Shown: positions 29,856 to 39,416 of the stretch, piece by piece
Position numbering within the stretch: the first letter of the stretch is position 1
Layout: each line of letters opens with the position of its first letter
Assembly: GCA_003258795.1 (NCBI GenBank)
Contig: QHMH01000007.1
Span: 28,479-92,478, forward strand
DNA: 64,000 nt
Source of the DNA: Candidatus Melainabacteria bacterium
GTDB taxonomy: Bacteria > Cyanobacteriota > Vampirovibrionia > Gastranaerophilales > Gastranaerophilaceae
Direction of reading: 5' to 3'
Notes under the pieces: model-generated
What the model saw: only the letters and a program-made list of their open reading frames with translations
Database searches by the model: none
What the model was told of the DNA's origin: nothing
Translations under genes and position numbers: made by a program

Positions 29856-30983
29856 ATGGAAGGGATAAAGAAAAAGATAAGTGAGCATGTAACAACTCTT
29901 GACCGTTATATTTTAAGACAAGTCATAGAAGTCTTTATAATGGGCATAATTGTTTTTACGTCTATTATTTTTGCATCAGATACTTTTATCACACTTATTA
30001 AACAAATTGCAATGTATGGAATTCCGTTTAAAGTTGCATTTATAATTGTTATATTAAATCTTCCTTCTGTTTTTGTAATGACAATTCCTATGGGTGTTTT
30101 ACTTGCTACTGTAATGACGCTTAATAAGTTAAGTTTACAGTCTGAAATAACAGTCATGCGTTCTTGTGGAATAGGGTTAAATAGAATTGCAAAACCGATT
30201 TTTGTATTTGCAGTTATAATGTCACTCGCAAGCTTTTTCATAAATGAAACAGTTGTTCCAATAGTTACGAAACAGTCAAAAGATTTAGCATTATGGTCAT
30301 TTGGTCAAAAAAATATTCCAGAAGGAAAGAAAAATTTTATATTCAAAGAAATAACAAATGATGGAAAGCTAAAAAGATTATTCTATGTGGGTCATTGTAA
30401 GGACAAAGTTTTGTATGATATTACAGTTCTTGATATGGCAAAAGATGACACCGTACAAGTCTTGCAAGCTCGTGATGGTCACACATCACCAGAAGGTTGG
30501 GAGTTTAACAGAGGTGCTATTTATACCCTTCAAAAGGATGGAAAAGTCTTGAATACAACTTTCTTTGAGAATTCCATTGCTCAATTTGGGCTTGATTTAA
30601 CACGAGAGATGCAACAGAATACAATCAAAGAGTTGAATTTCACAGGCTTACTGAAGTATCTTCACAAAAATTCAGAAAAATTAGGAGATATGAAAAACTT
30701 CTATCAAATTTCTCTATGGGATAAAATTGCTCTGCCAATAACAACAATAGTTCTTGTATTAGTTGGTGTCCCACTTGCTATTACTCCACCACGTGTAAGA
30801 TATAACAGAGGATTTTTATTTAGTATCTTAATTATATTTGCATACTATCTTTTAAGAGCTTTATCTATTTCTTTTGGAGAAGAAGGTACTATTCCTCCAT
30901 TGATTGCTGCTTGGACTGCAAACATAATACTGACAATATTTGGAACTTGGATGTATTACAAAAAAGTTTATACTATAAATTAA
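29856..30983 (+). CDS. LPS export permease, LptF/LptG (YjgP/YjgQ) family
   Basis: 375 aa, six TM helices with a periplasmic beta-jellyroll insert. DRYILRQ near the N-terminus is family-typical. Confidence 0.85.
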   Translation: MEGIKKKISEHVTTLDRYILRQVIEVFIMGIIVFTSIIFASDTFITLIKQIAMYGIPFKVAFIIVILNLPSVFVMTIPMGVLLATVMTLNKLSLQSEITVMRSCGIGLNRIAKPIFVFAVIMSLASFFINETVVPIVTKQSKDLALWSFGQKNIPEGKKNFIFKEITNDGKLKRLFYVGHCKDKVLYDITVLDMAKDDTVQVLQARDGHTSPEGWEFNRGAIYTLQKDGKVLNTTFFENSIAQFGLDLTREMQQNTIKELNFTGLLKYLHKNSEKLGDMKNFYQISLWDKIALPITTIVLVLVGVPLAITPPRVRYNRGFLFSILIIFAYYLLRALSISFGEEGTIPPLIAAWTANIILTIFGTWMYYKKVYTIN

Positions 30984-31098
30984 AAAATATTAGATTTTTC
31001 ATTATTAAGAAATATTAAATTGTCTTTGTTGAAAAAGGCAATTTTTTTATTAAAAAAAACTTTATAAATATACAAGAGAGATTTAGAGGAGAATGGAT

Positions 31099-31302
31099 AT
31101 GGCAATAGAATCAATTTACGGCGGATTTGATAGTTTCTTTACTTCTTCAAACAGAAATACTTTCAGAGCAAAAAAAGAAGAAAATTCATTCGTTTCTAAT
31201 CCTTACACAAATCAAACAGCATATGCTAACCCAATGTCTATGAACGGAAGTATTTTCGGAAACGGATTTCAAGGCGGAACAGCTTCAGCATTTGATGCAT
31301 AA
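31099..31302 (+). CDS. Small Gly/Asn/Phe-rich hypothetical protein (67 aa)
   Basis: AGAGGAGA RBS 6 nt before the ATG at 31099, followed by a strong terminator. Low-complexity sequence. Confidence 0.4.
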   Translation: MAIESIYGGFDSFFTSSNRNTFRAKKEENSFVSNPYTNQTAYANPMSMNGSIFGNGFQGGTASAFDA

Positions 31303-31332
31303 TGTTGTAAAACAAAAATTTTGATATAAAAT

Positions 31333-31364
31333 AGTCCTGTATATGAGAATACAGGACTTTTTTT
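31333..31364 (+). terminator. Intrinsic terminator hairpin (AGTCCTGTAT-atgaga-ATACAGGACT + T7) abutting the coaX start codon
   Basis: A perfect 10-bp stem plus a T-run ends exactly at the coaX ATG (31365). Confidence 0.75.
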
Positions 31365-32138
31365 ATGTTATTAACTATTGATATTGGAAATACAGGAATA
31401 AAATTAGGTTTATTCGAAAATAATTCTTTGGTAGAAGAATTTAGACTTGCATCAGATAAAGATTTGTCGCAAGAAGAGTATGAAGTTCTTCTCAAAACAC
31501 TATTTAAACCTTATAAGGTAGAAGGATGTATCATTGGTTCTGTAGTTGAAGAATTAAATCCTATTTTTAATGGTGCAATATACAATGTTTTTGATGTGAA
31601 ACCAATATTTTTGACGAGCAAAAGCAATACTGGTATAAACATAACCTTAAAAAATCCTGAAGAAGCTGGCGCAGATAGAATTGCAAATGCTTGTGCTGCA
31701 TATATGAAATATAAAAAAGCGTGTATCGTCATAGATTTTGGAACAGCTATTTCATTTGACATTGTAAATTCAAATGGCGACTTTTTGGGAGGAATAATTG
31801 CTCCAGGGCTTAATTTACAGTTAAAAGCATTAAATAAATTTACATCAAAGTTACCAAAAGTTAACGTAACATTATCGGAAAAAGCAATTGGAGATTGTAC
31901 CTCAAGTGCAATATTGTCAGGGGTAATCAGAGGCACTGCATGTATGATTGATGGACTTGTTAAACAGTGCAAAAAAGAATTGAATGAAGATGCAATGGTT
32001 ATTGCTACTGGGGGATTTTCAGGTCTTATTTCAAATTATTCTGAAAAATCTTTTGATGTTATAAATCCATTATTGACTCTTGAGGGTCTTTGTGAGTTAT
32101 ATATACTTAATAAAAAAAGTGAAAAAGTTATGGGTTAA
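31365..32138 (+). CDS. coaX: Type III pantothenate kinase
   Basis: 257 aa with MLLTIDIGNTGIKLGLF and GADRIANA motifs. Confidence 0.9.
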   Translation: MLLTIDIGNTGIKLGLFENNSLVEEFRLASDKDLSQEEYEVLLKTLFKPYKVEGCIIGSVVEELNPIFNGAIYNVFDVKPIFLTSKSNTGINITLKNPEEAGADRIANACAAYMKYKKACIVIDFGTAISFDIVNSNGDFLGGIIAPGLNLQLKALNKFTSKLPKVNVTLSEKAIGDCTSSAILSGVIRGTACMIDGLVKQCKKELNEDAMVIATGGFSGLISNYSEKSFDVINPLLTLEGLCELYILNKKSEKVMG

Positions 32139-32158
32139 AATAACAGAAAGGGGTAATT

Positions 32159-32905
32159 GTGAAAGATATGTTGATTAACCTGATAGAAAAAATTAAAGAA
32201 TATCAAGTAATTTTGCTTGGATTGTTTTTAGCATTAGCAATCATGTTTAGTGCAGTAGTTATTGGTCGTAATTTTGCAAAAGATTCAATTACTGTAACAG
32301 GTTCTGCCTATGAAATAGTTAAATCAGATTCTGCAAGTTGGGTTTTGAACATTAACGTAAAGAACAAAACTCGTGCGGGTGCTTATGCAACAGTAAAAAA
32401 ACAAATACCTATCGTTGAAAAATATTTGGAAGAAAATGGAATTTCAAAAGATCAAGTTTCTGTTATGACTCCTAACACTTGGGAAACTTACGCAATTGAT
32501 TCAAGCGGACATACAACTAATGAAATTGCATATTATAACTTTAATCAACCATTAAAAATAAATTCAAAAGATGTCGAAAAAATTAAAGATTTGTCTGTAA
32601 GAGCACAAGATTTGTTAGAACAAGGTGTTGAAGTTACAAGTGAAGCTCCAGAATACCAATATTCCGGTTTGTCTGATTTGAAAATTAAACTTCTTGAACA
32701 AGCATCTATTGATGCAAAAAAACGAGCTCAAGCTATGTTAAAGCCTAATCACAACAGAGCTGGAAAAATTCGTTCTATAAAAATGGGTGTATTCCAAATA
32801 ACACCTGCTGATTCTAATTCTGTAAGTGATTATGGTATTAGTGACTTGACAACAATTGATAAAAAAGCAACAGCAGTTGCAAATGTTGTGTTTAGTATTA
32901 AATAA
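32159..32905 (+). CDS. SIMPL/DUF541 family periplasmic protein (BP26/OMP28-like)
   Basis: 248 aa with an N-terminal TM/signal anchor and a SIMPL-like body. GTG start with AAGGGG RBS. Confidence 0.7.
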   Translation: MKDMLINLIEKIKEYQVILLGLFLALAIMFSAVVIGRNFAKDSITVTGSAYEIVKSDSASWVLNINVKNKTRAGAYATVKKQIPIVEKYLEENGISKDQVSVMTPNTWETYAIDSSGHTTNEIAYYNFNQPLKINSKDVEKIKDLSVRAQDLLEQGVEVTSEAPEYQYSGLSDLKIKLLEQASIDAKKRAQAMLKPNHNRAGKIRSIKMGVFQITPADSNSVSDYGISDLTTIDKKATAVANVVFSIK

Positions 32906-32954
32906 TTGTAAACAACATTTAATAATTTATACTAAATACGCAATTTTTTAAATT

Positions 32955-32998
32955 CACCTTTATTAAGTGTAGTGTATATACTTGATAAAGGTGTTTTT
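32955..32998 (+). terminator. Imperfect 14-bp hairpin + T5 immediately before the pepT ATG (terminator/attenuator-like)
   Basis: CACCTTTATTAAGT-12 nt-ACTTGATAAAGGTG then TTTTT then ATG. The right arm also supplies an AAGGTG SD. Confidence 0.5.
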
Positions 32999-34324
32999 AT
33001 GAAAATAAATCCAGTGTTTTGTGGAAATAACAAATATGAAGTTAAAAGAAACAATAATCAAATAGCTACGAAAATAAATGAACAAAGAATGGTTGATTCT
33101 TTTATTAAAATGGCAAAAATAGATACAGGTTCCGATGAAAAAGTTGCGGAAGTAAAAATTCCAAGTACGGATTGTCAGAAAAATTTGGCTAATGTTTTAA
33201 AAGATGAACTAACTTCTCTCGGATTAAAAGATGTAAATATAGATGAATATTCAATTGTGACAGCAACATTAGAAGGTAATGTGGAAAATTCTCCAGTTGT
33301 TGGTCTTCTTGCTCACATGGATACAAGTTCTCAAGCTCCGACAGCAAATGTACAACCGATAATTCATAATTATGATAAGGGTGATATTGTTTTGAAAGAA
33401 GGAACAGTAATCCCTGAATGTGACTTGCAAAAACATTCTGGGAAAAAAATTATAACTTCAGACGGAACAACATTACTTGGAGCGGATGACAAGGCTGGAA
33501 TTGCAGAAATTCTTGAAGCTGTAAGGGTGTTTAAAGAAAATCCAGATATAAAACATCCAACTATCAGAATTGCATTTACTCCAGACGAAGAAACAGGCAT
33601 GGGTATTTCAAAGTTTGATATAAAGAAATTTGGAGCAGATCTTGCCTATACAATAGATGGTGATGAACCAAATGTTATCGAGGATGAATCTTTTAATGCA
33701 TTTAACCCAGAGATAACAATAAAAGGAAAAAGTGTTCATACGGGTTTTGCAAAAGAAGGAGGAATGATAAATGCAGCTTTAATCGCAGCATGGATTGCAA
33801 ATAAATTGCCAAAAGGTCAAACCCCTCAAGAAACAGATGGACGTAAGGGATTTTTCCATGTATCAAGCATCACTGGCAATGTTTCAGAAACAAAAATAAA
33901 CATGTTGGTTAGAGATCACGACATTAAAAAAGCTAAAAAAAGAATAGAAATATTGAAAAAAATTATTTCAAAGGCAGAAAAGAAATTTGGCTGTGAAATA
34001 GAATTCAATCCGAAGGAACGTTATCATAACATGAAAGAATTTATTGATAAGTTTCCAGAAGTTAAGAAATTTGCAATAGAAGGAATTAAACGTTCTAATC
34101 TTAAACCGATTACAAAAGCAATTAGAGGTGGTACAGATGGTTCCCAACTATCAATAAAAGGATTACCAACTCCAAATTTGGGTACTGGTGGTGCAAACTT
34201 CCATTCTAAAAAAGAATTTGTTGTTATTGAAAGCATGATGAAAAGTGTTGAAAATATTATAAACATAATGAACGTATGGGCAGAAAACGCACCTAAGATT
34301 ATCTCGAAAACGCTTATCAGATAA
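32999..34324 (+). CDS. pepT: Peptidase T (tripeptide aminopeptidase, M20B)
   Basis: M20 motifs VGLLAHMDTS, LGADDKAGIAEILEA and TPDEETGMG. The ORF track starts 27 nt earlier inside the hairpin; I prefer 32999. Confidence 0.88.
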   Translation: MKINPVFCGNNKYEVKRNNNQIATKINEQRMVDSFIKMAKIDTGSDEKVAEVKIPSTDCQKNLANVLKDELTSLGLKDVNIDEYSIVTATLEGNVENSPVVGLLAHMDTSSQAPTANVQPIIHNYDKGDIVLKEGTVIPECDLQKHSGKKIITSDGTTLLGADDKAGIAEILEAVRVFKENPDIKHPTIRIAFTPDEETGMGISKFDIKKFGADLAYTIDGDEPNVIEDESFNAFNPEITIKGKSVHTGFAKEGGMINAALIAAWIANKLPKGQTPQETDGRKGFFHVSSITGNVSETKINMLVRDHDIKKAKKRIEILKKIISKAEKKFGCEIEFNPKERYHNMKEFIDKFPEVKKFAIEGIKRSNLKPITKAIRGGTDGSQLSIKGLPTPNLGTGGANFHSKKEFVVIESMMKSVENIINIMNVWAENAPKIISKTLIR

Positions 34325-34340
34325 ATTTTGAATATACAAT

Positions 34341-34375
34341 AAAAAAAGAGCCCATTAGGGCTCTTTTCTTTTTTA
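34341..34375. terminator. Bidirectional intrinsic terminator (A7-GAGCCC-atta-GGGCTC-T-rich)
   Basis: GC stem between the convergent pepT and the 34373..34564(-) gene. Confidence 0.8.
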
Positions 34376-34564
34376 ACCTTTTAGTTTGGAAACAAAATTG
34401 CTAACTTCAAAGACTGTGTCGTTAACAAAATCTTTCATTAAATCAACAAGACTCCTTTCATCAAGTACGTTAAAAGCATAATAGATAGGGTCTTTTGCAT
34501 TGTTAAATCTCATTCTTTTATCGGTTTTTCCGATAAATTTCATGTTTTCAAGTGCTGTTTCCAT
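34373..34564 (-). CDS. Small hypothetical protein (63 aa from the internal ATG)
   Basis: AAAGAGAGA SD precedes the ATG (METALENMKFIGK...). The ORF track extends to a TTG at 34630. Confidence 0.4.
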   Translation of the reverse strand: METALENMKFIGKTDKRMRFNNAKDPIYYAFNVLDERSLVDLMKDFVNDTVFEVSNFVSKLKG

Positions 34565-34715
34565 AACTACAAATCTCTCTTTACTCTTACTTACATGTAT
34601 ATAAAGTATTTTTATTTTAAAGAATTTCAATACAACCCTAAAAACTTAACATTCTTAACATTGTAATTTTTTTTAAAGTGTTTTATTATTGTCGTGTGAA
34701 ATCAGGAGAAATTTT

Positions 34716-35180
34716 ATGAAAAAAATATTTTTATCATTAGTTGTTATGCTTATTGGAGTTTCGGTTTTTGCATCGGAACAAGAAGCGAAGACATTTTTTA
34801 ATCGTTACGTAAGTGCAGCAAACAATTATTCTACATCAGTTCCAAATTTTTATTCTCCTAATGCAAAAATAATAAGACAAGTAATAAAACCTAATGGAGC
34901 ATTAGTGAATGTTCCTTTTAAAATGTCTGATTACAAAACGCAGATGAAAATAAGTTCAAGTGTTGCAAAAATGAAAAAATATAAGAATTATTATTCAAAC
35001 ATAAAAGTTACAAAGATAAATGATAAAACATATAAAATAAGCGCATACAGACAACCCTCAACAGGTGGTCCTAAATTAAAAACAGAAACAACTGTTCAGG
35101 AGCAAAAGGGTGGAAATTGGCTTATCATAGAAGAACTAATGCAAACAAAAGAACAGGTTTTTCTTAAGTACGCAAAATAA
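34716..35180 (+). CDS. Secreted hypothetical protein with signal peptide
   Basis: AGGAGA RBS before the ATG at 34716. MKKIFLSLVVMLIGVSVFASEQE is a signal peptide; no lipobox Cys. Confidence 0.6.
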   Translation: MKKIFLSLVVMLIGVSVFASEQEAKTFFNRYVSAANNYSTSVPNFYSPNAKIIRQVIKPNGALVNVPFKMSDYKTQMKISSSVAKMKKYKNYYSNIKVTKINDKTYKISAYRQPSTGGPKLKTETTVQEQKGGNWLIIEELMQTKEQVFLKYAK

Positions 35181-35192
35181 GGAATATTGTAT

Positions 35193-36260
35193 ATGTTTAA
35201 GAACTTTAGATTTTTAACGTCAGGTGAATCTCATGGAAAATGTCTGACGGGAATTATAGAAGGTATGCCTTCTGGGTTTGAAATTTGTCCTGAAAAAATA
35301 AATAAGGATTTAGGGCGTCGTCAATCTGGCTTTGGACGAGGCGACAGAATGAAAATTGAACTTGATGAGGTTGAAATTAAATCAGGAGTTAGATTTGGAA
35401 AAACGACAGGAGCTCCAATTTGTCTTGAAATAAAAAATAAAGATTATGTAAATTGGAAAAAGGTTATGAGTGTTTTGAAGTCTGACAAAAATTCAAGTAA
35501 GTCTTTCACTATTCCGAGAGCGGGTCATGCTGATTTTGCAGGAAAGATTAAATATGACTTAAAGGATTTAAGAGATGTTCTTGAACGAGCAAGTGCCAGA
35601 AAAACAGCAATGAACGTGGCAATTGGTTCTGTTGCAAAACAATTTCTTAATGAGTTTTCTATCGAAATAGAAAGCAGAGTACTTTCTATTTATGGCAAAA
35701 AAACAAACACTAAAGAAGAAATCGAAAAAGCAAAACTTGATGGAGAATCTTTGGGTGGAAGTTTTGAAGTTGTAGTAAAAAATGTTCCAATTGGACTTGG
35801 AAGTTATGTTCAGTGGGATAGGAAGCTTGATGGGCTTTTGGCTCAAGCAATAATTAGTATACCTGCTGTAAAAGCTGTTGAATTTGGACTTGGTCAAAAT
35901 TATGAAAAATACAGGGGAAGTGAAGTTTGTGATGAAATTTCTTTTGTAAATGGTCGTTATGTCAGAAAATCAAACAATGCTGGTGGCATTGAAGGTGGAA
36001 TGTCAAATGGCGAAAATATAGTTATTAGAGCCGTTATGAAACCTGTTCCAACCATAAAAAAAGAAGTAAAATCAGTAGACATGGAAGATAATACCAATAC
36101 TACATCATTTTATGAAAGAAGTGATACATGTGCGGTAGAAGCTTGTTCCGTTATTGCAGAAGCTATGGTTGCTTGTGTTATTACCGATGAATTTCTTGAT
36201 AAATTTGGTAGAGATAACTATACTGAAATCAGAAAAAACTATGAGAATAGGGAAGTCTAA
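35193..36260 (+). CDS. aroC: Chorismate synthase
   Basis: ...FRFLTSGESHGKCLTGIIEGMPSG...GRRQSGFGRGDRMKIE... AAGGAA RBS 8 nt before the ATG at 35193. Confidence 0.92.
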   Translation: MFKNFRFLTSGESHGKCLTGIIEGMPSGFEICPEKINKDLGRRQSGFGRGDRMKIELDEVEIKSGVRFGKTTGAPICLEIKNKDYVNWKKVMSVLKSDKNSSKSFTIPRAGHADFAGKIKYDLKDLRDVLERASARKTAMNVAIGSVAKQFLNEFSIEIESRVLSIYGKKTNTKEEIEKAKLDGESLGGSFEVVVKNVPIGLGSYVQWDRKLDGLLAQAIISIPAVKAVEFGLGQNYEKYRGSEVCDEISFVNGRYVRKSNNAGGIEGGMSNGENIVIRAVMKPVPTIKKEVKSVDMEDNTNTTSFYERSDTCAVEACSVIAEAMVACVITDEFLDKFGRDNYTEIRKNYENREV

Positions 36261-36262
36261 AA

Positions 36263-37828
36263 ATGGATAATAAAAAAAACATTATTTTAGTTGGTATGCC
36301 TGGTGCAGGAAAAACATATATTGGAGAAAAATTATCAGAAAAACTTAAAGAGTTTAAGTTTGTCGATACAGATGCTCTTATAGAAAAAAGATTAGAGATG
36401 TCTGTTGTAGAAATCTTTGAAAATAGGGGCGAAATTGCTTTCAGAAAAGAAGAAGATGCGGTAATAAATGAGCTTATTAACTCTGAAGATAAACAAATTA
36501 TTGCATTAGGTGGTGGCGCATTTAGAGATAAGAATATAAAACTCCTTAAAAAAAATGGAGTAATTTTCTATTTAAAAGCCCCAATTAACCTTCTCTATGA
36601 AAGAATTAAAAATGAAGCAACAAGACCAATGTTTCTTAATAGTGATAATGTCAAAATTAAACTTGCTAAAATACTTGAAGAAAGAGAACCGAACTTCTTA
36701 AAAGCAAACTTTATAATTGAACAAGATAAATATACAACAGAAGAACTTTTGAATTATATAATCAAAGAATATGAAATTTTAAAAGATTGTATAGATATTC
36801 TTCCTTCTCCTGTTTTTATTACAAATGGAGATTTTAATTCTTTTGAAGAAAAAATTTCTCAATATGTAAGTGGAAAAGGTTTAGTTTTAATAGATGAAAA
36901 AATTGAAAAATTATACGGTAAACGTCTTCAATTAAAAAATTATCCACGATATGTTTTAAAAGAAGGTGAAGCTCAAAAAAATATAAAAAACTACGAAAAA
37001 ATTATTGATTTTGCAATTCAAAATAAAATTGAACGGGGAGATACACTAATAGCAATAGGTGGTGGAGTTACTGGTGATATTGGAGGTTTTGTTGCCTCAA
37101 CATATTTAAGGGGTATAAATCTTCTCCATGTTCCAACAACACTGCTTGCCTGTGTAGATTCTTCAATTGGTGGTAAAAATGGAATAAATACTTTAAGAGG
37201 AAAAAATCTTATTGGGACATTTTATCAACCTAAAGCTATATTTTGTAACCTTAATTTCTTGTTGACACTTGACGACAAACAATTCAAAACAGGCATGGCA
37301 GAGGTTTTGAAATATGCGTTTATAGAATATTCATGCAATTCTGAAACAGAATATAATCTCTTAGAATACCTCGAAAAAAATATTGAACAAATCAAATCAA
37401 GGGATGAAAAAACAATTGAAGAAATCGTGAGGATTTGCGTCGAACTCAAGTCTTATGTTGTATTTAAAGATGAAAAAGAAAAAGGATTAAGACAGATTTT
37501 AAATTTTGGGCACACTTATGGTCATGCACTTGAAAAAATATCGAATTATAAATTAACTCACGGTGAAGCAGTGGCAAGAGGAATTATATTTGCATTTGAA
37601 TTAGCTCTAAAAAATAGACTTATAAGTCGAAAATATTTTGAAAGGAGTATGAATCTTTTGAAATCTTATGATTTATATACCCCAATAAAAAGCGTAAATA
37701 AAAAAGTTGTAGAAGTGATGGAGCTTGATAAAAAGATTAAAAATGGAAAAATCAATTTTGTTCTTCCGTTTTGTCCGAAAACAGTTGAAATAATGAAAAT
37801 CAATCCACAATCTTTTATTCACTCATAG
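36263..37828 (+). CDS. aroKB: Bifunctional shikimate kinase / 3-dehydroquinate synthase (AroK-AroB fusion)
   Basis: N-terminal ILVGMPGAGKTYIGEKLSEKL (shikimate kinase P-loop, ~170 aa). C-terminal GGGVTGDIGGFVASTYLRGINLLHVPTTLLA plus HTYGHALE (DHQ synthase metal site). 521 aa total. Confidence 0.85.
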   Translation: MDNKKNIILVGMPGAGKTYIGEKLSEKLKEFKFVDTDALIEKRLEMSVVEIFENRGEIAFRKEEDAVINELINSEDKQIIALGGGAFRDKNIKLLKKNGVIFYLKAPINLLYERIKNEATRPMFLNSDNVKIKLAKILEEREPNFLKANFIIEQDKYTTEELLNYIIKEYEILKDCIDILPSPVFITNGDFNSFEEKISQYVSGKGLVLIDEKIEKLYGKRLQLKNYPRYVLKEGEAQKNIKNYEKIIDFAIQNKIERGDTLIAIGGGVTGDIGGFVASTYLRGINLLHVPTTLLACVDSSIGGKNGINTLRGKNLIGTFYQPKAIFCNLNFLLTLDDKQFKTGMAEVLKYAFIEYSCNSETEYNLLEYLEKNIEQIKSRDEKTIEEIVRICVELKSYVVFKDEKEKGLRQILNFGHTYGHALEKISNYKLTHGEAVARGIIFAFELALKNRLISRKYFERSMNLLKSYDLYTPIKSVNKKVVEVMELDKKIKNGKINFVLPFCPKTVEIMKINPQSFIHS

Positions 37829-37883
37829 GTTTCTAATTAGATAATACACTTTCCTTTTGGCTTTGTTATTAAACCATAGACAA

Positions 37884-38810
37884 TTAGTGTAGAGCTGTTT
37901 TATTTCTTGAAACATTTAACATTCTGTCTATACAAAAAAGTGCTTTATCAGAAACTTCTTTTTCTACTGTTATCTCGTGTTCTCCATTTACAAGAGAGTT
38001 GTATATGTCTTCAAGTGTATTCCATTTCATATTTGGACATATAATTGAATCTTTTATCAAGACAAAGTTTTTGTCTGGACAATCTCTCTTTAATCTATCA
38101 ACAACACCTTTTTCAGTTGCAATAACAAAATCTTTGCAATCACTTTCTTTTGCATACTTAATTATTGCTGCAGTACTTCCAACGAAATCCGAGTTTTTGG
38201 TAACTTCAAGTGAGCATTCAGGGTGAGCAAGAATTTTTGAGTTTGGATATTTTTCTCTTGCTTCTAAAATATCTTCTTTTCTTATTCTCAAGTGTGTTGG
38301 ACAGTAACCATTGTAAGTCGTTACTTTAACATTTCCGAGTTTAGATTCTACCCACTTGCCAAGATATGTATCAGGCAAAAATAGAACTTCTGGAACATTC
38401 AAACTTTTTACAATATCCACTGCATTAGAACTTGTACAGCATATATCACATTCAGCTTTGACTTCTGCTGTTGAATTTATATAACAAACAGTAGGAACAT
38501 TCGAATTTTTAGATTTAAACTCTCTTAATTGATCTACATCAATCATATCTGCCATCAAACATCCAGAATTCATATTTGGCAAAAGAACTGTTTTTTCAGG
38601 ACAAAGAATTTTTGCTGTTTGTGCCATGAAAAATACACCAGCAAAAACAATTATATCAGCATCTGTCTTTGCTGCAGCTTGACTTAAATATAAAGAATCT
38701 CCAACATAATCTGCAACCTCATCAATTTCAACATTCTGGTAACAGTGCGCTAAAATGACAGCATTTTTTTCTTTTTTTATTTTGTTTATTTTTTCAATTA
38801 AATTTTTCAC
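37884..38810 (-). CDS. nadA: Quinolinate synthase
   Basis: 308 aa; ...VILAHCYQ..., ...CPTHLR..., three Cys ligands. Confidence 0.9.
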   Translation of the reverse strand: MKNLIEKINKIKKEKNAVILAHCYQNVEIDEVADYVGDSLYLSQAAAKTDADIIVFAGVFFMAQTAKILCPEKTVLLPNMNSGCLMADMIDVDQLREFKSKNSNVPTVCYINSTAEVKAECDICCTSSNAVDIVKSLNVPEVLFLPDTYLGKWVESKLGNVKVTTYNGYCPTHLRIRKEDILEAREKYPNSKILAHPECSLEVTKNSDFVGSTAAIIKYAKESDCKDFVIATEKGVVDRLKRDCPDKNFVLIKDSIICPNMKWNTLEDIYNSLVNGEHEITVEKEVSDKALFCIDRMLNVSRNKTALH

Positions 38811-38986
38811 AGTTCGTTTCCTCGTTGAGAAAATTATATAACAAAACGTTATTCCAAATAATATAAAGAAACAAATATGAAGAAATATTAACGAGATTTC
38901 ATGAAAAACATGGATTGGATTAAAGAATCAAAAATTTTCACCGATAACAATAGCATGTAAGTCATGGAAATTTTAAGGAGAAGCCT

Positions 38987-39184
38987 ATGAAAGAAAAATT
39001 TCTAAATATTGAAGAGGAACTGGTTGATTTTGCTGAAGTTAGCGGATTTGATTTTCAATCTGGAAGATTTTTAGCAAATGGAAACTTGCTTAATAATGCG
39101 GTTATGAAAGAAAAAAGTTCTGTCGATTTGTTAAATGTAGTTAAATCTGTATTTGTTAAACCGACAAAAATAAAGGAGATATAA
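38987..39184 (+). CDS. Small hypothetical protein A (65 aa)
   Basis: AAGGAGA RBS 5 nt upstream. First of two tandem 65-aa ORFs. Confidence 0.5.
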   Translation: MKEKFLNIEEELVDFAEVSGFDFQSGRFLANGNLLNNAVMKEKSSVDLLNVVKSVFVKPTKIKEI

Positions 39185-39187
39185 TTC

Positions 39188-39385
39188 GTGAAAAAAGATT
39201 TTGAAAAAAGATTTTCTGGTGAATGGGTTTCTTCTACGTGGTTTGAAGTTGATAAGTCACCAGTGATAAGAAAAGAAAAAAGTATTGCAGAATTAGAAAA
39301 AGAATTGGAGGTTTTAAACGAAAATATCTTTAACATTGAGCAAAGACAAAGAATGTTGAAGAATTTATCAAAATTGTATGAATAA
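39188..39385 (+). CDS. Small hypothetical protein B (65 aa, predicted coiled-coil C-terminus)
   Basis: GTG start with AAGGAGAT RBS, 3 nt after the stop of ORF A. A terminator follows. Confidence 0.5.
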   Translation: MKKDFEKRFSGEWVSSTWFEVDKSPVIRKEKSIAELEKELEVLNENIFNIEQRQRMLKNLSKLYE

Positions 39386-39416
39386 AAAAACGGACATAAT
39401 TGTCCGTTTTTTTTTA
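39383..39416. terminator. Bidirectional intrinsic terminator (A7-CGGACA-attt-TGTCCG-T9)
   Basis: Stem AACGGACA/TGTCCGTT with flanking A and T runs, between the small-ORF pair (+) and the MATE gene (-). Confidence 0.85.

Noticed and set aside
37829-37883. Expected a bidirectional terminator between convergent aroKB and nadA
   Set aside because: No convincing stem-loop could be identified by eye in the 55-nt spacer. It may exist but I cannot support it.
38811-38986. Possible NAD+ riboswitch in the nadA 5' region
   Set aside because: No conserved structured motif is recognisable. The region is uniformly AT-rich without paired GC islands.
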